From NCBI GenBank assembly GCA_000008885.1, contig BA000021.3, positions 300,001-332,000 on the forward strand: 32,000 nt of DNA, read 5' to 3'. Positions 11,419 to 20,257 of this stretch are shown here, piece after piece. The first letter of the stretch is position 1; each line of letters begins with the position of its first letter. The notes under the pieces were generated by a model. The model had not been told where the DNA came from. It did not search any database and worked only from the letters and a program-made list of their open reading frames with translations. Source of the DNA: Wigglesworthia glossinidia endosymbiont of Glossina brevipalpis (GTDB lineage Bacteria > Pseudomonadota > Gammaproteobacteria > Enterobacterales > Enterobacteriaceae). The position numbers and the translations under genes were made by a program.

Positions 11419-14400
11419 ATGAAAAAATATAGAAAATTAAATCCTATTTCTTTTCCAATAAAAGGTACATGTTTAATTGAAGCTTCAGCTGGAACTGGAA
11501 AAACATATTCTATAATAATTTTTTATTTAAGATTATTGCTTGGTTTAAACATTAAAAGTTTTCCCCACGGATTAAGTGTTAAAGAAATTTTATTAGTAAC
11601 TTATACAGAATTTGCTAAAAACCAACTAAAAGAAAGAATAAGAAAAGGAATAATACACTTAAAAAGTGCTTGCATAAATAAAGATGAAACTCATCCCTTG
11701 TTTAAGGAAATAAAAAATGTTAAAAAATCTTTAATAAAACTAATTTATGCTGAACATAACATAGATGAAGCATCTATTTTTACTATACATGGATTCTGTC
11801 ATAAAATGTTAAGTGCAAATTTAATTGAATCTAAATTTTTTTTAGATAAAAATACAATAGAAGATGAATCATATTTATATAATCAAATCAGTAAAAATTT
11901 TTGGGAAAAATATTGTTCTAAATTACCAATTTTAATATCTAAAATTATTTTTTCTTACTGGAAGGATTCAGATTTCTTGTTGAAAGATACATTGCCTTTT
12001 ATAAAAGGGGAAAAACCAACAATATTATCTTCAGTAAATAAAAAACAATCAATAAAAAATTTTTATTATTCAAAAATCATTTATATAAACAAAATAAAAA
12101 GAATATGGAAAAAATTAATTATAAAAATGCTTTTAAAAATTGTTTCTAATTTGATGAATGCAAACAAAAAAGAAAAAATTTTAAAATATATTAATATAAT
12201 TGATGCTTGGTCTAATAATAAAACTGAAAATTTTGATGTTCCAATAGAAATAAAAAAAATTAAAAATTTATTAAAAAATCATTACAAAAATTATAAAAAT
12301 ATTTTACAGAATATATTTTTCAATAAAGTTGACGAATCTTACAAATTTTATAAAAAATTAAAAGAATTAATATTTCAAAAATCAATCATAAAGATGAGAG
12401 AATACAAGAAAACAGAAAAAAAAAATCAAGAAAAATTAGATTTCGATGATTTAATAATTTTGTTTAAAACAGAATTGTTTAAATTTAATAAACTATCTAA
12501 AATTATAAGAAATATATACCCAGTGGCTATAATTGATGAATTTCAAGATACAGATTTAATTCAATATAAAATATTTTTTAAAATATATTATAAAAAAAAA
12601 ATGTGTTCTCTTATCTTGATTGGAGATCCAAAACAAGCAATATATGGATTTAGAGGGGCAGATATTTTTACTTATATTAAAATAAAAAATAAAATAAAGA
12701 ACATTTATTCTCTTCAGACAAATTGGAGATCTTCTGTTAGGATGGTAAATGCAGTAAACTTTTTATTTAGCAGGATAAAAAATCCATTTATTTATAAAAA
12801 TATTAATTTTGATAAAGCATTAAGCATAAAAAAAAATAATAATTTAAATTTTTTCATTGAAAATAAATTACAATCCGCCATAGAATTCGTGATGTATCCG
12901 AAAAATAATATTGGATTGCATAACTATCAAAAATATATGGCAGAACAGTATGCAATAAAAATTTATAATATTATTAATTCATCTGATTATAAAAAAACTT
13001 ATTTAGAAAACAAATATAGTCATAAAAATGTAATTATATCTGATATTACTATATTAGTTAGAAATCGCACAGAAGCTAATTTTATGAAAATAGCATGTGA
13101 TAAATTGTCTATTCCTAATATATATTTATCAGATAATAGTAGCGTATTTCATACTTTAGAAGCTAAAGACATAATACAAATATTAAATGCTATATTATTT
13201 CCAGAAAATGAAAATATAGTTAGATGCGCTTTACTTACAAAAATGTTTGGATTAACTAACGTTGAAATACAAAAATTAAACTATAATAAAAAAATTTTTA
13301 AAAAAATTATTTTAGAATTTATTTTATATCGCGATTTATGGGATAAATTTGGAATTATGCAAATGATGAATTATATTTTAGATAATAAAAATTATTTTAC
13401 AATGTTTAATAAATTTAAAAAAGATATAAAATATTTTTCCAACATAATTCATATTGTAGAAATACTTCATGAAACTTCAAAAAAAATTAAAAATAAACAT
13501 GAATTATTAAAATGGTTATATTATCAAATTACATTTAACGATGTTCAAAATGAAAATCATAAAATAAGAGTTTTTGATGAAGACAAAGCGGTAAAAATTA
13601 TGACAATTTTTAAATCAAAAGGTTTACAATTTCCAATTGTATTTTTACCATTTTTGTCAAGTTTTAGAACAAAAAAACATGTTTTATTTCACAGTAAAAA
13701 AAAATATAAATTAATTTTAGATCTAAAAAGTACATTAAAAAATAGAAAATTATCAGATAAAGAAAGATTATCAGAAGATATAAGATTGTTTTATGTTGCA
13801 ATAACAAGAGCTATTTATCATTGTAGCATAGGGATTTGTTCTTTATCTATAGGAAATCAAACTAAATCTGTAATGAGTCATACTCATCGCACATCCATAG
13901 GGTATATAATACAAAAAAGAAAAAAAAGTGATTGGAATACTTTAAAAAAGTATTTAGAAAATATATCATTTTATTCAAAAGGTAATATTTCTGTTAATTT
14001 AAAAAAAAATTTATGCAAAAAAATTTTAAAAACAAATTTTTCATTTTTTAATATAAAAAAAAATATTATTTCCAATAAAAAAGAAGATTACTTTTTTAAA
14101 AGTATAAGCTTTTCTTATATAAAAAAAAATAATTTTAACAAATTAAATTATATTTATGAACATGAAAAAGAAAATAAAGAAAAAATTTATGATTTTAATA
14201 CATCATTTTTGCCAAAAGGAAAAATTTTTGGAAAATTTATTCATAAAATATTTGAAAAATTAAATTTTACAAAAAACATTGATAAAAATATAATTAAAGA
14301 AAATTTGGTTAAATATGAATTTGACTTATCTTTAACAAACGATTTAGCTGAATGGATTAAAAATATTATTAAAAAACCATTAAATGAAGATTTTTTATCT

Positions 14401-14907
14401 CTTTCAAGAATTAAACAAAAAAACAAATTAACAGAATTAAAATTTTATTTATCAATTAACTCTAAAATAAAAGAGAAAGAATTTAATTTTTTAATAAAAA
14501 AATACGATCCGATATCATCTAAATGTTTTTGTTTAAAAAATATTAACAACATTAATGGAATATTAACTGGATCTGTTGATCTTGTTTTTTTGTGGAAAAA
14601 AAAATATTATTTTTTAGATTATAAATCTAATTGGTTAGGAGAAAATAGTAGTTTTTATAATAAAAAAAATATGACATTAGAAATGATTAAACATAGATAT
14701 GATATACAATATCAAATATATTCAGTTGCGATTCATAGATATTTAAAATATAAAATAAAAAAATATGATTATAACAAACACTTTGGCGGAATTTATTATT
14801 TGTTTGTTAGAGGGATAAATAATTTATGCAGAAAAACCAAAAATGGTATTTATTTTATAAAACCTAATTATTCATTAATAAATAAAATCAACAAACATTT
14901 TTTGTAA
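11419..14907 (+). CDS. recB: Exodeoxyribonuclease V subunit RecB (helicase-nuclease)
   Basis: 1162 aa; Walker A IEASAGTGKTYS, motif II AIIDEFQDTD, LILIGDPKQAIYGFRGAD, DIRLFYVAITRAIYH, C-terminal nuclease motif GSVDLVFLWKKKYYFLDYKSNWLG. Confidence 0.96.
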   Translation: MKKYRKLNPISFPIKGTCLIEASAGTGKTYSIIIFYLRLLLGLNIKSFPHGLSVKEILLVTYTEFAKNQLKERIRKGIIHLKSACINKDETHPLFKEIKNVKKSLIKLIYAEHNIDEASIFTIHGFCHKMLSANLIESKFFLDKNTIEDESYLYNQISKNFWEKYCSKLPILISKIIFSYWKDSDFLLKDTLPFIKGEKPTILSSVNKKQSIKNFYYSKIIYINKIKRIWKKLIIKMLLKIVSNLMNANKKEKILKYINIIDAWSNNKTENFDVPIEIKKIKNLLKNHYKNYKNILQNIFFNKVDESYKFYKKLKELIFQKSIIKMREYKKTEKKNQEKLDFDDLIILFKTELFKFNKLSKIIRNIYPVAIIDEFQDTDLIQYKIFFKIYYKKKMCSLILIGDPKQAIYGFRGADIFTYIKIKNKIKNIYSLQTNWRSSVRMVNAVNFLFSRIKNPFIYKNINFDKALSIKKNNNLNFFIENKLQSAIEFVMYPKNNIGLHNYQKYMAEQYAIKIYNIINSSDYKKTYLENKYSHKNVIISDITILVRNRTEANFMKIACDKLSIPNIYLSDNSSVFHTLEAKDIIQILNAILFPENENIVRCALLTKMFGLTNVEIQKLNYNKKIFKKIILEFILYRDLWDKFGIMQMMNYILDNKNYFTMFNKFKKDIKYFSNIIHIVEILHETSKKIKNKHELLKWLYYQITFNDVQNENHKIRVFDEDKAVKIMTIFKSKGLQFPIVFLPFLSSFRTKKHVLFHSKKKYKLILDLKSTLKNRKLSDKERLSEDIRLFYVAITRAIYHCSIGICSLSIGNQTKSVMSHTHRTSIGYIIQKRKKSDWNTLKKYLENISFYSKGNISVNLKKNLCKKILKTNFSFFNIKKNIISNKKEDYFFKSISFSYIKKNNFNKLNYIYEHEKENKEKIYDFNTSFLPKGKIFGKFIHKIFEKLNFTKNIDKNIIKENLVKYEFDLSLTNDLAEWIKNIIKKPLNEDFLSLSRIKQKNKLTELKFYLSINSKIKEKEFNFLIKKYDPISSKCFCLKNINNINGILTGSVDLVFLWKKKYYFLDYKSNWLGENSSFYNKKNMTLEMIKHRYDIQYQIYSVAIHRYLKYKIKKYDYNKHFGGIYYLFVRGINNLCRKTKNGIYFIKPNYSLINKINKHFL

Positions 14908-14944
14908 AATTTTTATATTAAATTAAAACATATTAAATAATAAG

Positions 14945-16703
14945 GTAAAAATTATAAAAAACATTCTAATAAAAATAAAAGAAATAGGAATATTTAATTC
15001 TTTAGACGTATATTTAGCATGTACAATACCTAAAAAATACAATCCATGGCTAATGATGTCTATAGCTTATTTAAGCGCAGAATATAGACTTGGAAAGTCT
15101 TTCTTACCTTTGAAAAATCTTTCTTTTAAAAATCTTAATTATAAATTTAATAAATCAATATCAAAATTAATATTGGAAAAATTAGGAAATATAAAAAATA
15201 TTGAAGAAATAGAAAAAAATTTAATCGATTCAAATATAGTAAGTAATGGAGAAAAAAAATTACCATTTGTTTTATTTAAAAAAAATTTTTATTTTTATAA
15301 AGTTTGGATTCAAGAGAAAGCTTTTAAAAAATTTTTAAAAAATTTAACATATAGTCCAATTACATTAGATAACTTTAATATCTTAAAAATTATAAATAAA
15401 AATATATACTCAAACATAAATAATTATAAACAAATTATATTAACAATACTACTTTATAAAGTAGTATGGGTATTTACAGAACATGATTCTACAAAAAATT
15501 ATCTAATAAAAAATATTTTATCAATTTTTTTTAAATTAAAAAAAGAAAACTTTCATATTATGATATGCAGTTCAAATAAAAAATCAATTTATTTTCTGTC
15601 AAAAATATTGAAAGAAATAAAAAATAAGTGTAAAAATAATAATTTTATAATAGAAGTATTATTGCTTAAAGATATATTAAATAATAATAGTAATATAATT
15701 TATTATTATAAATATCCTATAAATTTTGATATAATTATTATATATGATTCTTTCATGATAAATTTATCTATTATGTATGATATTATCTCTCTTTATAATA
15801 AAAGATTGTTTAGAATCATATTCATCGAAAATTATTCTTGTTTAAATAATTTAGAAAAAAATTCCATTCTAATAAGAATGTTTAATTATGGAAAATTTTC
15901 TAAAAGTTTTTCTTTTATAAAAAGAATAAACAAAATAGAAGAAAATATAAAGATATCAAATAAATTAAATTTTACAAATGAATCTAAAATATCAGATTGT
16001 GTTTGTATAACAGAAGAAAATAAAAAAAAATACATACAACATCCTAATATAGATTAGTCTGAAAAATTAATTAAATTAGTAAATTGTAAAAATGTTTTAA
16101 ATTTTTTAAAAAAAATACTTATAACGTAATAAAATATATATAAATTAATAACTTCTTATAATATAAGAAAATAATAGAAAAAAATTATTTATATCATTTA
16201 AAATATTTTTTTAAATTAGAACAAATATAAAAAATAAAAAACATAAATTAAATATTTTGATAAATTATTTTAATATTGTATGTACATCAAAAAATGACAA
16301 GTATATATCTTGTTTTTAAATAAAATTATTGAAAATAAAAGAATATTTATTTATATAACTAAAATAAAAAAATGATAATAAATAAATACTATTATATAGG
16401 AAAATTAGTTCTTTTAGAAAAAGATCATTTGTATTTATAAATATATAAAAGCGATATAGGAATTTTAATAAATAAATTTGGAATAAATTATATTTTTTTT
16501 GTAAAAAAAATAATAAAAGAAAATTATTTTTTAATTTAAAATATATCAGAATTTACGATATATATAAAAAATATTTTAAATTCATTTATTATTTTCAAAA
16601 TTTATTTTTAATTGTTTTTGACAATGAATTGAATTTTATACATCAAGAATTATTAAACAAAATAATTTTAAAGATAAGATGTAAGTTAAAAATTTTTTTG
16701 TAA
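14945..16703 (+). pseudogene. recD: recD pseudogene / degenerating RecD
   Basis: ORF 15053-16057 extends in frame upstream without an ATG (VKIIKNILIKIKEIGIFNSLDVYLACTIPKKYNPWLMMSIAYLSAEY...) to a RecD-like N-terminus. Walker A position reads WVFTEHDSTKNYLI and the Walker B region FDIIIIYDSFMIN. In-frame TAG at 16055-16057, followed by collinear out-of-frame RecD-like fragments (16331-16380, 16384-16503, 16593-16703). Confidence 0.85.
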
Positions 16704-16866
16704 AAAATTATATAAATAAAATAATAAAAAATAATTATATAAAATAATTTAATTATTAATATTTTAACAAAAATTTTTAAATTTATTTAAAATAATAGTA
16801 TATTATTATAATATAAATTAAATATTTACAAATATATAAAATATAAAATTATAAAAATTTTTAGTT

Positions 16867-17277
16867 ATGATAAAAATAAAAAATATTTTTTATTTAAAAA
16901 TTGTTTTTATTTATTTTTTTTTAATTATAAATTACTCATGCTCTAGTAATATTAAAAATATTAATGATATTTTTATAGAAAATGAAAAATACACAAGCAA
17001 AATAAATTTTATATCTAATGAAAAAATAAATTATAATTATTTTATATTATATGATCCATATAGATTGATTGTAGATTTTAAAAAAACAAATATAAATCTT
17101 GATATAAAAAATGTAAATAAAAAAATAAAATTAAACAGTAATACAATAAAGTTAATAAGATTAGGATATTTTAAAAAAAATATTACTCGTTTAGTTATAG
17201 AATTAAAAAATTATTCTTTTTTTGATATTTTTTATTTAAAAAAAAAATTTATTTTCATTAAGCATAGTAATATATAA
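16867..17277 (+). CDS. amiC: N-terminal AMIN-domain fragment of N-acetylmuramoyl-L-alanine amidase AmiC (reading frame broken)
   Basis: 136 aa; hydrophobic signal-like N-terminus, then NYFILYDPYRLIVDFKKTNINLD...IKLIRLGYFKKNITRLVIELKNYSFFDIFYL, matching the AMIN pattern (xPxRxVVDxxxxxL... xVRxGQFxxxxxRxVxxL). In E. coli this gene lies beside recBCD/argA. Confidence 0.75.
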   Translation: MIKIKNIFYLKIVFIYFFLIINYSCSSNIKNINDIFIENEKYTSKINFISNEKINYNYFILYDPYRLIVDFKKTNINLDIKNVNKKIKLNSNTIKLIRLGYFKKNITRLVIELKNYSFFDIFYLKKKFIFIKHSNI

Positions 17278-18085
17278 AGATAAGTATATATCTAATGATT
17301 ATATAAAAAAAAATATATCAAAATTAATCAATAATATAAACGAAAAAAATAAAAAAAAAGAAAACAAAAAAAAATTATCAAAAAATAAATCTATTATAAC
17401 TATAATGCTTGATCCTGGTCACGGAGGAGAAGATCCTGGAGCTATAGGTCAAAAAAATACGTATGAAAAAAATGTTGTTTTACAAATTGCTAAAAGAATT
17501 TATAATTTAATACAGAAGAAACCATACATGCGCGTTTATATGACTAGAAATAAAGATGTATTTGTTTCTTTGAAAGATAGAATAATTAAAGCTCGTAGAA
17601 AAAAAATAGATATTTTCATTTCTATTCATACTGACTCAGCAAAAAAAAAATTTGTTAAAGGAGCATCAGTATTCTCTATTTCTAGAAAAGAAGCAAATAT
17701 TGTTGCTGAAAAATACTATTCTAATAATTATCATTTTATTGAAAATATAATTGGAATAAAAAAAAGTAATGATGAATACATAGATCATACTATATTTGAT
17801 TTAATTCAAAATTTTTCAATAAATGAAAGCGTAAAATTCGGAAAGCAAATATTAAATTCTCTAGAAAAAATAACTGATTTACACAAAAAAAATATTGGTC
17901 AAGCTGGATTTGCAGTTTTAAAAGCTCCAGAGATTCCATCTATTTTAATAGAAATAGCTTTTATAAGTAATTTGCAAGAAGAGAAAAATTTAAATAACTC
18001 TATCTATCAACAAAAAGTAGCAAAAGCTATTTTTGAAGGGATAGAAAAATATTATTTGTTAAATAAAAAAAAATATAATCATTGA
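17240..18085 (+). CDS. amiC: Catalytic (Amidase_3) part of AmiC; the track ORF starts at 17405 but the frame is open from 17240
   Basis: MLDPGHGGEDPGAIGQKNTYEKNVVLQIAKRI...VYMTRNKDVFVSLKDRIIKAR...DIFISIHTDSA...SVFSIS...DHTIFDLIQ...GQAGFAVLKAPEIPSILIEIAFISN. In-frame upstream extension is ...ENKKKLSKNKSIITI before MLDPGHGG, supplying the missing beta strand. Confidence 0.9.
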   Translation, partial: KKNLFSLSIVIYKDKYISNDYIKKNISKLINNINEKNKKKENKKKLSKNKSIITIMLDPGHGGEDPGAIGQKNTYEKNVVLQIAKRIYNLIQKKPYMRVYMTRNKDVFVSLKDRIIKARRKKIDIFISIHTDSAKKKFVKGASVFSISRKEANIVAEKYYSNNYHFIENIIGIKKSNDEYIDHTIFDLIQNFSINESVKFGKQILNSLEKITDLHKKNIGQAGFAVLKAPEIPSILIEIAFISNLQEEKNLNNSIYQQKVAKAIFEGIEKYYLLNKKKYNH

Positions 18086-18193
18086 TATAAAATTAAAATA
18101 AATAAAAATTATAAACTAATTAATTTATATGATATAATTTTTTTTATTTTTTAAAAATATAAATTTTTAAAAAAATTTATTATAGTAAATAAT

Positions 18194-19288
18194 ATGAAAT
18201 TTATTAAATATATTTTAATTTTATCAATTCTATTTATTACAGAAAAAAATTCTTATTCTATTACAATAAATAATGACAACGATAAATTAATAAATTTCCA
18301 TGGAAAGATATTTAGTAAATATACACATCCAGATATAAGCAGCATAAAAAAAAATGTATATTTAACATATGGAATAGATGCTAAATGGAAATTATACGGA
18401 GATACTTTTTTGTTTTGGAAGATAGATTATGATTTTATAAAAAATAAATATCAAAAAAAATTTAAAAAAGATAATAATATTTCTTTAAATATATTAGGTA
18501 TTAATTTAGATCAATATCAGACCATAAAATATGGAAAAGATGATATTATAATAAATAGCATATCTGATTTAAGAAATGGAATTGATACATTTAATAAAAG
18601 TTTTAATTTCGATAATATAATTATTGGAAGTAAACCAAAAAAAGTAATAACTTACTATAATAAGGATTTATATAATTTAATTCCAGGTATTAAACTTGCT
18701 TTTCAAAAAATATTAAAATGGAACAGTACTATTTTAGGCGATGAAATAATTGATAACTTTAATAATATAAAAAATTATTCTAATGGAGCTATGATATCAT
18801 ATTATATTAAAGATAATTACCTGTATTTCATAGCATCATTTTTAAGAAATAACTCTATTTATAATTTAAATATGCATGAAAAAAAATATAATACAAATTT
18901 TTTAGGAATGGGGTTAAAATACGAAAGATTTCCATTTTATTTTTCTTTAATACATGGGAAAAAATGGAACAATTTTAATTTAAATGAAAATGATAAATAT
19001 TTAGAAAAAAATATATTTGATAATTCTACTATAGAATTATTAACATGTTATAATTTTGATAAAAATATTAGACCTTTTTTAGGTTATTCTGTGTATAAAT
19101 CAAAAAAAATATATGATTTAAAATTAATAAAAGATAAAGAAGAAAAAAATATTTTTGCTGGGACATTAATAAAAATAAATAACAATATTGAAACTAATTT
19201 TAGTTATCTAATAAAATTGAAAAATAATAAAATTAATAATATTGATAAATATAATAATTTTTCATTAATAATGACATATAAATTTTAA
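18194..19288 (+). CDS. Outer-membrane porin of the OmpF/OmpC type, strongly diverged
   Basis: 364 aa; signal-like N-terminus MKFIKYILILSILFITEKNSYS; alternating aromatic/polar beta strands; terminal Phe (LIMTYKF) typical of OMPs; FLGYSVYKSK and GTLIKIN strands. Confidence 0.75.
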   Translation: MKFIKYILILSILFITEKNSYSITINNDNDKLINFHGKIFSKYTHPDISSIKKNVYLTYGIDAKWKLYGDTFLFWKIDYDFIKNKYQKKFKKDNNISLNILGINLDQYQTIKYGKDDIIINSISDLRNGIDTFNKSFNFDNIIIGSKPKKVITYYNKDLYNLIPGIKLAFQKILKWNSTILGDEIIDNFNNIKNYSNGAMISYYIKDNYLYFIASFLRNNSIYNLNMHEKKYNTNFLGMGLKYERFPFYFSLIHGKKWNNFNLNENDKYLEKNIFDNSTIELLTCYNFDKNIRPFLGYSVYKSKKIYDLKLIKDKEEKNIFAGTLIKINNNIETNFSYLIKLKNNKINNIDKYNNFSLIMTYKF

Positions 19289-19378
19289 TTTTTTAAAAAC
19301 AAAATTTTAAAAAATGTTGTGAAATTATTTTAGAATTTATATCATTATAATACTTTTAATGTATTAAATTTAATTAAT

Positions 19379-20209
19379 ATGAAATTTTCTAAAATGCATA
19401 GTTTAGGAAATGACTTTGTAATAGTAAACAATATTGATAAAAAAAACAATATTTCTCCTATTTTTATTAAAAAATTATCTGATAGATATACAGGAATAGG
19501 ATTTGATCAATTAATTTTAATAGAATTTTTTTGTAAAAAATATTTTTATTTTAAAATAAAAATATTTAACTCTGATTCTTCTGAGTCTTTTCAATGCATA
19601 AATGGAATTAGATGCGTATTTATGTTTTTAAAAATAAAAAAATTAATAAAAAAAAACATAGCATTTATTGGAAATAATTTAGGACTTTCTAAAACTTTGA
19701 TGACAAAAAATAAATTAATTTGTGTAAAAATAAAACCTCCGAGGTTTTATATTGAAAAAGATATACTTGTAAATCCAAAATATAATAATAAAGAAAAAAT
19801 AATATTAAGAATATTTAAAAAAAAAATTACATGCTATTTTGTGTTTGTAGGAAATCCTCATTGTATAATAATAAGTAAAAATATTGAATATAATAATTTT
19901 AGTTTATTATCTAAATATTTATTAAAAAATAATATATTTCCAAATAAAATAAATATCAGCATAATGAATATATTGGATTTTGATCTTATCAAATTAAAAG
20001 TATATGAAAGAGGATCTGGAGAAACACAGTCCTGTGGAAGTGCAGCAGCAGCAGCTGCTGCTGTAGCTATATATTATAAGAAACTTAATAAAAAAATAAA
20101 AGTAAATTTTTCAAGAGGAAATCTTTATGTATATTGGGAGAAAATTGGAAATTTTATGTCTATAATTGGTCCTGCAAATCATATTTATGATGGAAAAATA
20201 AATTTTTAG
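19379..20209 (+). CDS. dapF: Diaminopimelate epimerase
   Basis: 276 aa; MKFSKMHSLGNDFVIVNNI, DGFDQL-type GIGFDQLILIE, QCINGIRC and GSGETQSCGSAAA active-site Cys motifs, VGNPHCIII. Confidence 0.96.
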   Translation: MKFSKMHSLGNDFVIVNNIDKKNNISPIFIKKLSDRYTGIGFDQLILIEFFCKKYFYFKIKIFNSDSSESFQCINGIRCVFMFLKIKKLIKKNIAFIGNNLGLSKTLMTKNKLICVKIKPPRFYIEKDILVNPKYNNKEKIILRIFKKKITCYFVFVGNPHCIIISKNIEYNNFSLLSKYLLKNNIFPNKINISIMNILDFDLIKLKVYERGSGETQSCGSAAAAAAAVAIYYKKLNKKIKVNFSRGNLYVYWEKIGNFMSIIGPANHIYDGKINF

Positions 20210-20257
20210 AAATACTTAAAAAAATAAAAATTATCTATTTTATGAAAAGTAAATAAA

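Noticed and set aside
14241-14426. 61-aa minus-strand ORF inside recB
   Set aside because: Antisense to the RecB C-terminal region, no start context or domain.
16058-16866. Initially considered a novel noncoding region or regulatory spacer
   Set aside because: Much of it (to about 16703) is better explained as collinear recD remnants in shifting frames.
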